Below, piece after piece: positions 16,100 through 26,789 of a stretch of DNA of 30,487 nt. A program made the translations under genes and the position numbers. This stretch comes from a virus (Duplodnaviria > Heunggongvirae > Uroviricota > Caudoviricetes). The stretch lies in the IMG/VR virus record IMGVR_UViG_646311924_000014; one strand, written 5' to 3'. The notes under the pieces were generated by a model, which was not told where the DNA came from, made no database searches, and saw only the letters and a program-made list of their open reading frames with translations. Every line of letters starts with the position of its first letter. Positions within the stretch are counted from its first letter, which is position 1.

Positions 16100-19000
16100 A
16101 TGGCGACGTTACGTGAACTGATTATCAAAATTTCGGCAAATTCGCAGTCATTCCAGTCGGAGATCCAGCGGGCTTCCCGTATGGGCAGTGAATATTACCG
16201 GACCCTGCAGAATGGCGGGCGTCAGGCCGCTGCGGCAGCCCGGGATCAGCGACGTGCCCTGGCAGAACTGAACAGCCAGTTGACGGAAATTCGCGGTTCT
16301 GCTGTCGGAATGGCTGGCGCATTTGCCGGTGCCTTTGCCACCGGACACCTGATTTCACTGGCTGATGAGTGGAGTTCCGTGAATGCCCGTCTGAAACAGG
16401 CGTCGCAGTCATCTGATGAATTTTCGTCATCACAGAAAGTGCTGATGGATATCAGTCAGCGGACAGGTACCGCTTTTTCGGATAATGCGGCCCTGTTTGC
16501 CCGCTCGGCAGCCTCAATGCGTGAATATGGTTACAGTGCTGATGATGTGCTGAAGGTGACGGAGGCCATTTCCACGGGGCTGAAAATCTCCGGTGCCAGT
16601 ACGGCTGAGGCGGGTTCGGTGATCACCCAGTTCAGCCAGGCGCTGGCACAGGGTGTGTTGCGCGGTGAGGAATTTAATTCGGTCAATGAAAGTGGTGACC
16701 GGATCGTACGTGCACTGGCTGCGGGTATGGGCGTGGCCCGTAAAGATCTGAAGGCGATGGCGGACGATGGTCAACTGACGGCGGATAAAGTCGTTCCTGC
16801 GTTAATCAGCCAGCTGGAGGTATTGCGTGATGAATACGCGGCCATGCCGGAAACGGTCTCTGACGGGATCACAAAGGTGGAAAACGCCTTTATGGCCTGG
16901 GTGGGTGGTGCGAATGAGGCCAGCGGGGTGACGAAAACGCTCTCCGGCGTGCTGAACGGTGTTGCCGGACAGATTGATAATGTGGCAACAGCCGTGGGGG
17001 CACTGGTTGCCGTCGGGGTTGCCCGGTACTTTGGCAATATGGCCTCCGGAGCGATGTCTGCCACGGCAGGACTTGTGACGGCTGCACGTAATGAAGTTGC
17101 ACTGGCGGAAGCACAGTTCAGGGGAACGCAGATTGCCACGGCGCGGGCAAGAGCAGCCGTGTACCGTGCTCAGCAGGCCGTGGCGGCAGCCCGCGGGACG
17201 GAGATGCAGATTGCTGCAGAAGCCCGTCTGGCGGCCACACAGGAACGCCTGAACAGAAATATTGCTGCCAGAAGCGCCGCCCAGAATGCGCTGAACAGTA
17301 CAACGGCGGTGGGCTCACGTCTGATGAGCGGTGCGCTGGGGCTGGTTGGTGGCGTACCCGGACTGGTGATGCTGGGGGCTGCAGCATGGTACACGCTGTA
17401 CCAGAATCAGGAGCAGGCCAGGGAGTCTGCGCGCCAGTATGCACTGACGATAGATGAAATCGCGCATAAAACGCCGTCAATGTCTTTGCCTGAAGCCTCA
17501 GATAATGAAGGACGAACACGGGCGGCGCTGACAGAGCAGAACCGACTGATTGATGAACAGGCCAGTCGGGTGAAATCCCTGCAGGAAAAAATCGCAGGAT
17601 ATCAGTATGTTCTGGCGAACCCGGGCTGGACGACCGGTGACGGATTCATGATAAACCATCTGACCTCGGTGAAGACCGTAACGGAAGGGCTTGCTCAGGC
17701 AACAGAGCAGCTTGCCGTTGAGCAGTCCCGTCTGGCACAGATGCAGGAAAAAGCGCAGTCCATTCAGGATGTGCTTGCCGGGCTGGAAGACCGTCGTGTG
17801 GCGTTAATTCGTCAGCAGGCGGCAGAGCAGAATAAGGTGTACCAGTCCATGCTGGTTATGAACGGTCAGCATACGGAATTCAACCGTCTGCTGGGGCTGG
17901 GTAATGAACTGCTTCAGCAGCGGCAGGGACTGGTGAATGTGCCGTTACGGCTGCCACAGGCCACTCTGGATGATAAACAGCAGAGTGCCCTGACAAAAAC
18001 AGAGCGTGAGCTGGCCCTGTCCAGACTGAAAGGGGAAGAAAAAGAGCGTGCCCGGCTGGGGTATGCGGCGGATGACCTTGGTTTTGTGGGGGATTCGTAT
18101 CAGGAGGCGAGACAGCGTTATATCAGTAATGCTCTGGAAGCCTGGCGTAATAACGAGGCGAACAAACCTAAATCCCGGGGTGGAAAATCAGAGACGGAAA
18201 AAGCGGAAGACAGTTTTTCCCGGCTGCTGAAGCAGCAGAAGGCGCAACTGGCACTGGCCGGTCAGAATACAGAGCTGGCGAAGCTGAAGTACCAGACTGC
18301 GCAGGGCGAACTGAAAACCCTGACGGAGATACAGAAGCAGGAGCTGCTGCGCAATGCGGCCCTGATTGACCAGCAAAAAATCCGGGAACAGTTGCGATCC
18401 CGGGAAGAGACACTGAAGAATGAGAATGCGGCTGCGCGTGCGTCGAATGATGCTGAACTGCTGGGGTACGGGCAGGGGGAGCGAGCCAGAGAACGCATGC
18501 GGGAGTTGCAGCAGATCCGCGACAGCTTCCGCCAGAAGGATGCGGACCTTCAGTCTCAGTATCAGACCGGGGATATCAGTGAGGATTTTTACAGACAGGC
18601 TCTGGCACAGAACGCGCAGTATCTGAGTGAACGCCTTAAAGACCAGGAAACTTTTTATGCCGAATCGGATGCGCAGCGTGCGGACTGGCAGAAAGGGCTG
18701 CAGGAGGGATTCAGTAACTGGGTGGATAATGCGTCCGATTACGCCTCACAGGCAGCACAGCTTGCGACGGAGGGTATCTCAGGGATGGTGAATAACATCA
18801 CGGAGATGCTGAACGGAAACAAAGTGGAATGGCGCAGCTGGGCCTCATCCGTACTGCAGGAAATATCAAAAGTTCTTATGAATGCGGCCATTGTCAACGG
18901 AATTAAGACGGCGGCAAACGGTATGTCCGGTGCGGGAGGATTTCTCGGCAGCATTGGTGACTGGCTGGGCGGAGCGGTGGCCAATGCAAAAGGCGGCGTG

Positions 19001-19342
19001 TATACCTCGGCAAACCTGAGTGCGTACAGCAACAGTATTGTGGATACGCCCACGTACTTTGCCTTTGCAAAAGGGGCCGGGCTGATGGGGGAGGCCGGAC
19101 CTGAAGCCATTATGCCCCTGACCCGGGCGGCGGATGGCTCGCTGGGTGTGCGCGCGGTGGGCAGTATGAACGGCAGTGCGGGTCTGGTGTATTCCCCGGT
19201 CTACCATATCGCCATTCAGAATGACGGGACTAATGGCCAGATAGGGCCGGAGGCGGCAGGCAGTCTTGTGCAGCTGATTGACCAGCGGGTGCAGGCGGTG
19301 ATGCTGTCCATGCGACGTGACGGAGGAATGCTGAGTGGCTGA
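16100..19342 (+). CDS. Tail tape measure protein (1080 aa)
   Basis: Length, Ala/Gln-rich coiled-coil composition, glycine-rich hydrophobic segments, position after G/GT. Confidence 0.9.
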   Translation: MATLRELIIKISANSQSFQSEIQRASRMGSEYYRTLQNGGRQAAAAARDQRRALAELNSQLTEIRGSAVGMAGAFAGAFATGHLISLADEWSSVNARLKQASQSSDEFSSSQKVLMDISQRTGTAFSDNAALFARSAASMREYGYSADDVLKVTEAISTGLKISGASTAEAGSVITQFSQALAQGVLRGEEFNSVNESGDRIVRALAAGMGVARKDLKAMADDGQLTADKVVPALISQLEVLRDEYAAMPETVSDGITKVENAFMAWVGGANEASGVTKTLSGVLNGVAGQIDNVATAVGALVAVGVARYFGNMASGAMSATAGLVTAARNEVALAEAQFRGTQIATARARAAVYRAQQAVAAARGTEMQIAAEARLAATQERLNRNIAARSAAQNALNSTTAVGSRLMSGALGLVGGVPGLVMLGAAAWYTLYQNQEQARESARQYALTIDEIAHKTPSMSLPEASDNEGRTRAALTEQNRLIDEQASRVKSLQEKIAGYQYVLANPGWTTGDGFMINHLTSVKTVTEGLAQATEQLAVEQSRLAQMQEKAQSIQDVLAGLEDRRVALIRQQAAEQNKVYQSMLVMNGQHTEFNRLLGLGNELLQQRQGLVNVPLRLPQATLDDKQQSALTKTERELALSRLKGEEKERARLGYAADDLGFVGDSYQEARQRYISNALEAWRNNEANKPKSRGGKSETEKAEDSFSRLLKQQKAQLALAGQNTELAKLKYQTAQGELKTLTEIQKQELLRNAALIDQQKIREQLRSREETLKNENAAARASNDAELLGYGQGERARERMRELQQIRDSFRQKDADLQSQYQTGDISEDFYRQALAQNAQYLSERLKDQETFYAESDAQRADWQKGLQEGFSNWVDNASDYASQAAQLATEGISGMVNNITEMLNGNKVEWRSWASSVLQEISKVLMNAAIVNGIKTAANGMSGAGGFLGSIGDWLGGAVANAKGGVYTSANLSAYSNSIVDTPTYFAFAKGAGLMGEAGPEAIMPLTRAADGSLGVRAVGSMNGSAGLVYSPVYHIAIQNDGTNGQIGPEAAGSLVQLIDQRVQAVMLSMRRDGGMLSG

Positions 19343-19676
19343 GATAAAAACGCTGCATCTGGTCCCGCGTGAAGGGATGCAGGTGAGTGAGAAGCCGTCG
19401 GTGGTGAGGGTGCGGTTTGGTGACGGTTATGAACAGCGCCGCCCCACAGGGCTGAATCCTCAACTGAAGACGTTTCAGGCGGTGTTCCGGGTGACGGATG
19501 AGTCAACCCGGCGCTGGCTGGAAGAGTTTTTATCGTGGCATGGTGGTTACCGTGCCTTTTTGTGGCGACCGCCGAAACATAACCGGACGGTGAGGGTGGT
19601 GTGCCGGGAGTGGAGCGTCACGGATAACGCCCGGTACAGTGATTTCAGTTGTACGATTGAGCAGGTGGTGAACTGA
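19335..19676 (+). CDS. M: Minor tail protein M (lambda gpM homologue)
   Basis: 113 aa; position and similarity to recalled lambda M; GTG start overlapping the tape measure stop. Confidence 0.8.
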   Translation: MAEIKTLHLVPREGMQVSEKPSVVRVRFGDGYEQRRPTGLNPQLKTFQAVFRVTDESTRRWLEEFLSWHGGYRAFLWRPPKHNRTVRVVCREWSVTDNARYSDFSCTIEQVVN

Positions 19677-20374
19677 TGCAGGACATTCATGAAGAAAGTC
19701 TGAACGAGTCGGTTAAATCAGAGCAGTCACCGCGGGTGGTACTCTGGGAAATCGACCTGACGGTACAGGGTGGTGAGCGGTATTTTTTCTGTAATGAGCT
19801 GAATGAAAAAGGGAAGGCGGTCACCTGGCAGGGGCGGCAATATCAGGTATACCCGATTGACGGCAGCGGTTTTGAGATGAACGGGAAGGGCAGCAGTGCC
19901 AGACCGTCGCTGACGGTGTCCAATCTGTTTGGTCTGGTCACCGGGATGGCGGAGGACCTGCAGAGCCTGGTGGGGGCCACGGTGGTCCGCCGCCGGGTGT
20001 ATGCCCGTTTTCTGGATGCGGTGAATTTTGTGGCGGGCAATCCGGAAGCGGACCCGGAGCAGGAGCTGAGCGACCGCTGGGTGGTGGAGCAGATGTCAGA
20101 GCTGACGGCCATGACAGCCTCGTTTGTGCTGGCAACACCGACGGAGACGGACGGGGCGCTGTTTCCCGGTCGCATCATGCTGGCGAACACCTGTATGTGG
20201 GATTACCGGGGAGATGAATGCGGGTATAACGGTCCTGCGGTGGCGGATGAGTTCGACAACCCCACCACGGATATCCGTAAGGACAGATGCAGCAAGTGCA
20301 TGCGCGGGTGTGAGATGCGCGGCATGGTGGCTAATTTTGGCGGTTTCCTTTCCATTAATAAACTTTCGCAGTAA
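19676..20374 (+). CDS. L: Minor tail protein L (lambda gpL homologue)
   Basis: Near-colinear with recalled lambda L, including the C-terminal Cys cluster (CGYNGPAVADEFD…CSKCMRGC…FGGFLSINKLSQ). Confidence 0.9.
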   Translation: MQDIHEESLNESVKSEQSPRVVLWEIDLTVQGGERYFFCNELNEKGKAVTWQGRQYQVYPIDGSGFEMNGKGSSARPSLTVSNLFGLVTGMAEDLQSLVGATVVRRRVYARFLDAVNFVAGNPEADPEQELSDRWVVEQMSELTAMTASFVLATPTETDGALFPGRIMLANTCMWDYRGDECGYNGPAVADEFDNPTTDIRKDRCSKCMRGCEMRGMVANFGGFLSINKLSQ

Positions 20375-20384
20375 ATCCTGTTTT

Positions 20385-21128
20385 ATGACACAGACTGAAT
20401 CAGCGATTCTGGCGCATGCCCGGCGGTGTGCGCCAGCGGAGTCGTGCGGCTTCGTGGTGAGAACGCCGGAGGGGGAGCGGTATATCCCTTGTGTGAATAT
20501 CTCTGCAGAGCCGGAGGCGTATTTTCGTATTGCACCGGAAGACTGGCTGCGGGCAGAGATGCAGGGGGAGATTGTGGCACTGGTCCACAGTCATCCCGGT
20601 GGTCTGCCCTGGCTGAGCGAGGCCGACCGGCGGCTGCAGATAAAAAGTGCACTGTCCTGGTGGCTGGTCTGCCGGGGGGAAATTCATAAATTCCGCTGTG
20701 TGCCACATCTGACAGGACGGCGCTTTGAGCACGGGGTGACGGACTGTTACACGCTGTTCCGGGATGCCTACCATCTGGCGGGAATTGATATGCCGGATTT
20801 TGAGCGTGAGGATGACTGGTGGCGCAACGGTCAGAACCTGTACCTGGACAATATGGAGGCGACTGGTTTTTACAGGATTTCCCTGCCTTCCGCACAGCCT
20901 GGCGATATTCTGCTGTGCTGCTTTGGTGCTTCGGTACCGAACCATGCCGCCATTTACTGCGGCAACGGTGAGCTGCTTCACCATCTGCCTGAACAACTGA
21001 GTAAACGGGAGAGGTATTCCGAAAAATGGCAACGACGAACGCATTCAGCCTGGCGTCACCGCCACTGGCACGCATCTGCCTTCACGGGGATTTACAACGA
21101 TTTGGCCGCCGCCTCAGCCTGTATGTGA
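20385..21128 (+). CDS. K: Tail assembly protein K (lambda gpK homologue; JAB/MPN plus NlpC/P60-like domains)
   Basis: MTQTESAILAHARRCAPAESCGFVV…HSHPGG… closely matches lambda K; 3' end overlaps I by about 100 nt. Confidence 0.9.
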   Translation: MTQTESAILAHARRCAPAESCGFVVRTPEGERYIPCVNISAEPEAYFRIAPEDWLRAEMQGEIVALVHSHPGGLPWLSEADRRLQIKSALSWWLVCRGEIHKFRCVPHLTGRRFEHGVTDCYTLFRDAYHLAGIDMPDFEREDDWWRNGQNLYLDNMEATGFYRISLPSAQPGDILLCCFGASVPNHAAIYCGNGELLHHLPEQLSKRERYSEKWQRRTHSAWRHRHWHASAFTGIYNDLAAASACM

Positions 21129-21706
21129 ACACGGCAGCGGAAGCCATCCGGGCGCTGTCGTTACAGGTGCCCGGATTCCGCCGTCAGATGAACGAAGGCT
21201 GGTACCAGATACGTATTGCCGGTGATGACACGGCACCGGAGGCGGTGTACGCCCGTCTTCACGAACAGCTGGGTGAGGGAACGGTCATCCACATTGTGCC
21301 GCGACTGGCCGGGGCCGGAAAGGGTGGACTGCAGATTGTGCTGGGGGCGGCAGCCATCGTGGGCTCTTTCTTCACGGCCGGAGCATCGATGGCAGCCTGG
21401 GGTGCAGCGCTGAGTGCCGGCGGTTTTTCTGCCACCACGATGCTGTTTTCACTGGGTGCCAGCATGATACTGGGTGGTGTGGCACAGATGCTGGCCCCGA
21501 AGCCAAAAACACCGGAATACAGGGCAACGGATAACGGTAAACAGAACACGTACTTTTCGTCGCTGGACAACATGATTGCCCAGGGTAACCCGATGCCGGT
21601 GCCTTACGGGGAAATGCTGGTTGGCTCCCGCCGTATATCCCAGGACATCAGTACCCGTGATGAAGGCGGGGGCGGAAAGGTCGTGGTTATCGGGCGGCAG
21701 GCATAA
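21026..21706 (+). CDS. I: Tail assembly protein I (lambda gpI homologue)
   Basis: …ARICLHGDLQRFGRR…IHIVPRLAGAGKGG…NGKQNTYFSSLDNM… matches lambda I. Confidence 0.9.
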   Translation: MATTNAFSLASPPLARICLHGDLQRFGRRLSLYVNTAAEAIRALSLQVPGFRRQMNEGWYQIRIAGDDTAPEAVYARLHEQLGEGTVIHIVPRLAGAGKGGLQIVLGAAAIVGSFFTAGASMAAWGAALSAGGFSATTMLFSLGASMILGGVAQMLAPKPKTPEYRATDNGKQNTYFSSLDNMIAQGNPMPVPYGEMLVGSRRISQDISTRDEGGGGKVVVIGRQA

Positions 21707-21868
21707 AAGCGAAAAAATCCCGCAGTGCTCACGGACAGGAACTGCGGGAGCGTTACGAAGATTGAGTGTAAGGAATTATTCTTATGTCACGACAAAAACA
21801 TTAACTCAGAGAGGGAGGATGTGCCGTTCTTTTCAGGGAGAAAGGATTTATCGTCCTGAGGAATAAAG

Positions 21869-21892
21869 GTAAGGGGCCCGCCCCTTACCTGA
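21869..21892 (-). terminator. 10-bp perfect stem-loop immediately downstream of sodC
   Basis: AGGTAAGGGG-CCCG-CCCCTTACCT, 5 bp beyond the sodC stop. Confidence 0.4.
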
Positions 21893-21896
21893 CTGA

Positions 21897-22424
21897 TTAT
21901 TGAATGATGCCGCAGGCCATTCTCGCACCACCACCGCCCAGGGGCTCCGGATGGTCATGATGGTTATCACCGCCAGCATGAAGCATGAGAGAACGCCCTT
22001 TAATCTCTTTTAATGAGTTCAGTCTCGGGGCCAGGACCGGGTAGTTCGCTTTTCCGTCATGCGTCACGAACAGCGCAGGGAGGTCGCCCAGGTGTCCATC
22101 CGGAGACCAGGGGCCAAGATGTTTGCCGGTGTTTTTCGGGTCAAAGTGACCGCCAGCCGATAATGCTGCGACCGGTTTTCCGTCTTTCAGTGCCGGGGCG
22201 CAATTTCCTTTTTCGTGCACATGAAAACCATGAATGCCTTCAGACAGAGAGTGAAGGGCTGGTGTGAACAGCAGACCGTAGGGGGTCTCCTGAATGGTTA
22301 TTTTTCCAATGCTGACTTCTTTTCCGTCAGCACTGACAAGGTTCATTGGGACTTCCTGTTCTGCTGCGTATCCGCATGATGCTGCTGTCAGCATGGCAAT
22401 GGCAGCAATGATTTTACATTTCAT
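21897..22424 (-). CDS. sodC: Periplasmic Cu/Zn superoxide dismutase (prophage-borne SodC)
   Basis: Signal peptide [20 protein letters not shown]; Cu/Zn SOD motifs (GFHVHEKG, histidine ligands, C-terminal [12 protein letters not shown]); opposite strand to the tail operon. Confidence 0.9.
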   Translation of the reverse strand: MKCKIIAAIAMLTAASCGYAAEQEVPMNLVSADGKEVSIGKITIQETPYGLLFTPALHSLSEGIHGFHVHEKGNCAPALKDGKPVAALSAGGHFDPKNTGKHLGPWSPDGHLGDLPALFVTHDGKANYPVLAPRLNSLKEIKGRSLMLHAGGDNHHDHPEPLGGGGARMACGIIQ

Positions 22425-22557
22425 AAAACCCTCATTAATTCCGTTAACAGACTGAGCTTGCTGGTTACAGGGTAACAAACAGCGTTCTGATGATATCGCG
22501 CAATAGCTGTGCAATATCCTATCACTGCGATTAATAATACCAATTGAGAGGAACATT

Positions 22558-25500
22558 ATGGGCAAAGGTGGCGGCAGGGCGCACACGCCTCGAGAGGCGA
22601 AGGATAATCTCAAATCCACGCAGATGATGAGTGTGATTGATGCGATTGGTGAGGGACCGATAGAAGGCCCGGTGAAGGGGCTGCAGAGTATCCTGGTGAA
22701 CAAAACCCCGCTGACGGACACGGACGGTAATCCCGTGATACACGGTGTGACTGCGGTCTGGCGTGCCGGGGAGCAGGAGCAGACACCACCGGAAGGCTTT
22801 GAGTCCTCCGGAGCTGAAACCGGACTGGGCGTGGAAGTGACGAAGGCAAAGCCGGTGACGCGCACCATTACGTCCGCGAACATTGACCGCCTGCGGGTTA
22901 CCTTCGGGGTGCAGTCACTGGTGGAGACCACCTCAAAGGGTGACCGTAACCCGACGTCTGTCCGCCTGCTGATTCAGCTTGAGCGTGGTGGTAAATGGAT
23001 GACGGAAAAGGATGTCACCATTAACGGCAAGACCACCTCGCAGTTCCTGGCGTCGGTGATTCTGGATAATCTGCCGCCCCGGCCCTTTAACATCCGGATG
23101 GTCAGGGAGACGGCGGACAGCACCACGGACCAGCTGCAGAATAAGACGCTCTGGTCGTCATACACCGAAATCATCGATGTGAAACAGTGCTACCCGAACA
23201 CGGCGATTGTGGGGCTGCAGGTGGATGCGGAGCAGTTTGGCGGTCAGCAGATGACGGTGAACTACCATATCCGCGGTCGCATTATTCAGGTGCCGTCAAA
23301 CTATGACCCGGAAAAACGCACGTACAGCGGCATCTGGGACGGCAGCCTGAAACCGGCATACAGCAACAACCCGGCCTGGTGTCTGTGGGACATGCTGACT
23401 CACCCGCGCTACGGGATGGGAAAACGTCTGGGGGCGGCGGATGTGGACAAATGGGCGCTGTATGCCATTGCGCAGTACTGCGACCAGACGGTGCCGGATG
23501 GTTTCGGGGGCACAGAGCCGCGGATGACCTTTAATGCATACCTGTCACAACAGCGTAAGGCGTGGGACGTCCTCAGTGATTTCTGCTCGGCGATGCGCTG
23601 TATGCCGGTATGGAACGGCCAGACGCTGACGTTCGTTCAGGACCGCCCGTCGGATGTGGTGTGGCCGTACACCAACAGCGATGTGGTGGTGGATGATAAC
23701 GGCGTGGGGTTTCGCTACAGCTTCAGCGCCCTGAAGGACCGCCACACGGCGGTGGAGGTGAATTACACCGACCCGCAGAACGGCTGGCAGACCTCCACGG
23801 AACTGGTGGAAGACCCGGAAGCCATACTGCGCTACGGGCGCAACCTGCTGAAGATGGATGCGTTCGGCTGCACCAGTCGCGGTCAGGCCCACCGTGCCGG
23901 GCTGTGGGTGATAAAGACCGGACTGCTGGAAACGCAGACGGTGGATTTCACGCTCGGGTCACAGGGGCTGCGTCACACACCCGGTGACATTATTGAAATC
24001 TGTGATAACGACTATGCCGGGACCATGACCGGCGGACGTATCCTGTCCATCGATGCCGCCAGCCGCACCCTGACACTGGACCGTGAGGTGACCCTGCCGG
24101 AGACAGGTGCCGCCACGGTGAACCTGATTAACGGCAGCGGTAAGCCGGTGAGCGTGGCCATCACTGCACACCCCGCGCCGGACCGGATACAGGTCAGCAC
24201 CCTGCCTGATGGTGTGGAGACATACGGTGTATGGGGACTCTCCCTGCCGTCACTGCGTCGTCGCCTGTTCCGCTGTGTCTCCATCCGGGAAAACACGGAC
24301 GGCACCTTTGCCATCACGGCGGTGCAGCACGTGCCGGAAAAAGAAGCCATCGTGGATAACGGGGCGCACTTTGACGGCGACCAGAGCGGCACGGTGAATG
24401 GTGTCACGCCGCCAGCGGTGCAGCACCTGACCGCCGAAGTCACCGCAGACAGCGGGGAATATCAGGTGCTGGCGCGCTGGGACACGCCGAAGGTGGTGAA
24501 GGGCGTGAGCTTCCTGCTTCGCCTGACCGTGGCAGCGGATGACGGCAGTGAGCGGCTGGTCAGCACGGCCAGGACGACAGAAACCACATACCGCTTCACG
24601 CAACTGGCGCCGGGGAACTACAGGTTGACAGTCCGGGCGGTAAATGCGTGGGGACAGCAGGGCGATCCGGCATCGGTATCGTTCCGGATTGCCGCACCGG
24701 CAGCGCCGTCTCGGATTGAGCTGACACCGGGCTATTTTCAGATAACCGCCACGCCGCATCTTGCGGTTTATGATCCGACGGTACAGTTTGAGTTCTGGTT
24801 CTCGGAAAAGCGGATTGCTGATATCAGGCAGGTTGAAACCACAGCCCGCTATCTTGGCACGGCGCTGTACTGGATAGCTGCCAGTATCAATATCAAACCG
24901 GGCCATGATTATTACTTTTATATCCGCAGTGTGAACACCGTTGGCAAATCGGCATTTGTAGAGGCTGTCGGTCAGCCGAGTGATGATGCATCAGGCTATC
25001 TGGATTTTTTCAAAGGCGAGATAGGGAAAACCCATCTGGCTCAGGAGCTGTGGACGCAGATTGATAACGGTCAGCTTGCGCCTGACCTGACTGAAATCAG
25101 GACGTCCATAACGGATGTCAGCAATGAAATAACACAGACCGTCAATAAGAAACTGGAAGACCAGAGTGCAGCGATCCAGCAGATACAGAAGGTTCAGGTT
25201 GATACAAATAATAACCTGAACAGCATGTGGGCAGTGAAGCTGCAGCAGATGCAGGACGGACGCCTTTATATTGCGGGTATCGGTGCCGGTATTGAGAACA
25301 CCCCCGACGGCATGCAGAGTCAGGTGCTGCTGGCAGCAGACAGGATTGCGATGATTAATCCTGCGAATGGCAACACAAAGCCGATGTTTGTTGGTCAGGG
25401 CGATCAGATATTCATGAATGAAGTGTTCCTGAAATATCTGACGGCTCCCACCATTACCAGCGGCGGTAATCCTCCGGCATTTTCCCTGACACCAGACGGG

Positions 25501-26055
25501 CGACTGACGGCGAAAAATGCGGATATCAGTGGCAGTGTGAATGCGAACTCAGGAGCGCTCAACAATGTCACGATTAACCAGAACTGTACGATTAAGGGCA
25601 TGCTGGAGGCGACCCAGGTCAGAGGGGATTTCGTTAAAGCTGTATCAAAAGCCTTCCCGAAAAAAGTCGGTACGTGGGGTAACACGGAAACACCAAACGG
25701 TACGGTTACAGTCACCATCAGCGATGATCATAACTTTGACCGCCAGATTATTATTCCGCCCATTATTTTTAACGGTATAGCGTATGACGATCCGGGGAGC
25801 GGAAATAACCCAGGAGGCACGCGATACACGGGGTATGGTTTTGAAGTTCGCAAAAACGGCGTATTAATCGCATCCAGAGAAACTAAAGGGGCCATTCCCG
25901 GTAGTTACAGTGCAGTTATTGATATGCCTAGTGGTGGTGGTAGCGTCACTCTGGAGTTTAAGATTTTCCAGAAAGGCAATCAGGGGGCAGGCAATATCAC
26001 CGACTGTACGGTGATTGTGACCAAAAAAGCTGCTTCCGGCATCAGTATTCGTTGA
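22558..26055 (+). CDS. J: Host specificity / central tail fibre protein J (1165 aa)
   Basis: Long colinear similarity to recalled lambda J from [18 protein letters not shown] through the fibronectin-like middle region; extreme C-terminus diverged. Confidence 0.95.
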   Translation: MGKGGGRAHTPREAKDNLKSTQMMSVIDAIGEGPIEGPVKGLQSILVNKTPLTDTDGNPVIHGVTAVWRAGEQEQTPPEGFESSGAETGLGVEVTKAKPVTRTITSANIDRLRVTFGVQSLVETTSKGDRNPTSVRLLIQLERGGKWMTEKDVTINGKTTSQFLASVILDNLPPRPFNIRMVRETADSTTDQLQNKTLWSSYTEIIDVKQCYPNTAIVGLQVDAEQFGGQQMTVNYHIRGRIIQVPSNYDPEKRTYSGIWDGSLKPAYSNNPAWCLWDMLTHPRYGMGKRLGAADVDKWALYAIAQYCDQTVPDGFGGTEPRMTFNAYLSQQRKAWDVLSDFCSAMRCMPVWNGQTLTFVQDRPSDVVWPYTNSDVVVDDNGVGFRYSFSALKDRHTAVEVNYTDPQNGWQTSTELVEDPEAILRYGRNLLKMDAFGCTSRGQAHRAGLWVIKTGLLETQTVDFTLGSQGLRHTPGDIIEICDNDYAGTMTGGRILSIDAASRTLTLDREVTLPETGAATVNLINGSGKPVSVAITAHPAPDRIQVSTLPDGVETYGVWGLSLPSLRRRLFRCVSIRENTDGTFAITAVQHVPEKEAIVDNGAHFDGDQSGTVNGVTPPAVQHLTAEVTADSGEYQVLARWDTPKVVKGVSFLLRLTVAADDGSERLVSTARTTETTYRFTQLAPGNYRLTVRAVNAWGQQGDPASVSFRIAAPAAPSRIELTPGYFQITATPHLAVYDPTVQFEFWFSEKRIADIRQVETTARYLGTALYWIAASINIKPGHDYYFYIRSVNTVGKSAFVEAVGQPSDDASGYLDFFKGEIGKTHLAQELWTQIDNGQLAPDLTEIRTSITDVSNEITQTVNKKLEDQSAAIQQIQKVQVDTNNNLNSMWAVKLQQMQDGRLYIAGIGAGIENTPDGMQSQVLLAADRIAMINPANGNTKPMFVGQGDQIFMNEVFLKYLTAPTITSGGNPPAFSLTPDGRLTAKNADISGSVNANSGALNNVTINQNCTIKGMLEATQVRGDFVKAVSKAFPKKVGTWGNTETPNGTVTVTISDDHNFDRQIIIPPIIFNGIAYDDPGSGNNPGGTRYTGYGFEVRKNGVLIASRETKGAIPGSYSAVIDMPSGGGSVTLEFKIFQKGNQGAGNITDCTVIVTKKAASGISIR

Positions 26056-26077
26056 AATATTTATAACCCCAATAAAG

Positions 26078-26102
26078 GGCGTCAGGAATGACGCCTTTTT
26101 TA
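26078..26102 (+). terminator. Rho-independent terminator-like hairpin after J
   Basis: GGCGTCA-loop-TGACGCC followed by a T-tract. Confidence 0.5.
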
Positions 26103-26125
26103 TTGCAGAAAAGCGAGAGGTAATT

Positions 26126-26725
26126 ATGCGTAAACTTTATGCCGCCATTTTGTCCGCAGCCATTTGTCTGACCGTATCCGGTGCGCCTGCATGGGCGTCT
26201 GAGCAGCAGGCCACGCTGAGCGCGGGGTATCTTCATGTCTCGACGAACGCTCCCGGTAGCGATAATCTTAACGGGATTAACGTGAAATACCGTTATGAAT
26301 TCACGGACACGCTGGGGCTGGTGACGTCATTCAGCTATGCAGGAGACAGGAATCGCCAGATTACCCGTTACAGCGATACCCGCTGGCATGAAGATTCCGT
26401 GCGTAACCGCTGGTTCAGCGTAATGGCGGGGCCGTCTGTGCGCGTGAATGAATGGTTCAGCGCGTATGCGATGGCGGGAGTGGCTTACAGCCGTGTGTCG
26501 ACTTTCTCCGGGGATTATCTCCGCGTAACTGACAACAAGGGGAAAACGCACGATGTGCTGACCGGAAGTGATGACGGTCGCCACAGCAACACGTCTCTGG
26601 CGTGGGGGGCTGGCGTGCAGTTTAACCCGACCGAATCCGTGGCCATTGATATTGCTTATGAAGGCTCCGGCAGTGGCGACTGGCGCACTGACGGTTTCAT
26701 CGTGGGTGTCGGTTATAAGTTCTGA
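26126..26725 (+). CDS. lom: Lom-like outer membrane protein (Ail/Lom/OmpX family)
   Basis: Signal peptide, alternating amphipathic beta-strand pattern, C-terminal aromatic (…GYKF); position after J as in lambda. Confidence 0.85.
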   Translation: MRKLYAAILSAAICLTVSGAPAWASEQQATLSAGYLHVSTNAPGSDNLNGINVKYRYEFTDTLGLVTSFSYAGDRNRQITRYSDTRWHEDSVRNRWFSVMAGPSVRVNEWFSAYAMAGVAYSRVSTFSGDYLRVTDNKGKTHDVLTGSDDGRHSNTSLAWGAGVQFNPTESVAIDIAYEGSGSGDWRTDGFIVGVGYKF

Positions 26726-26752
26726 TTAGCCAGGTAACACAGTGTTATGACA

Positions 26753-26778
26753 GCCCGCCGGTTCAGGCGGGCTTTTTT
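26753..26778 (+). terminator. Rho-independent terminator after lom
   Basis: GCCCGCC-GGTTCA-GGCGGGC followed by TTTTTT. Confidence 0.6.
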
Positions 26779-26789
26779 GTGGGGTGAAT

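Noticed and set aside
15273-16128. Minus-strand ORFs of 257 and 205 aa antisense to the G/GT chaperone region
   Set aside because: Overlap well-supported plus-strand genes; Pro/Arg/Ser-rich low-complexity translations; no RBS.
20383-21075. Minus-strand ORFs of 230 and 214 aa antisense to gpK
   Set aside because: gpK matches lambda K almost residue for residue on the plus strand; the antisense frames are composition artefacts.
21811-21866. 15-codon micro-ORF (MCRSFQGERIYRPEE) preceded by GAGGGAGG
   Set aside because: The Shine-Dalgarno abuts the ATG with essentially no spacer; it lies in the sodC 3' region; no conservation evidence available.
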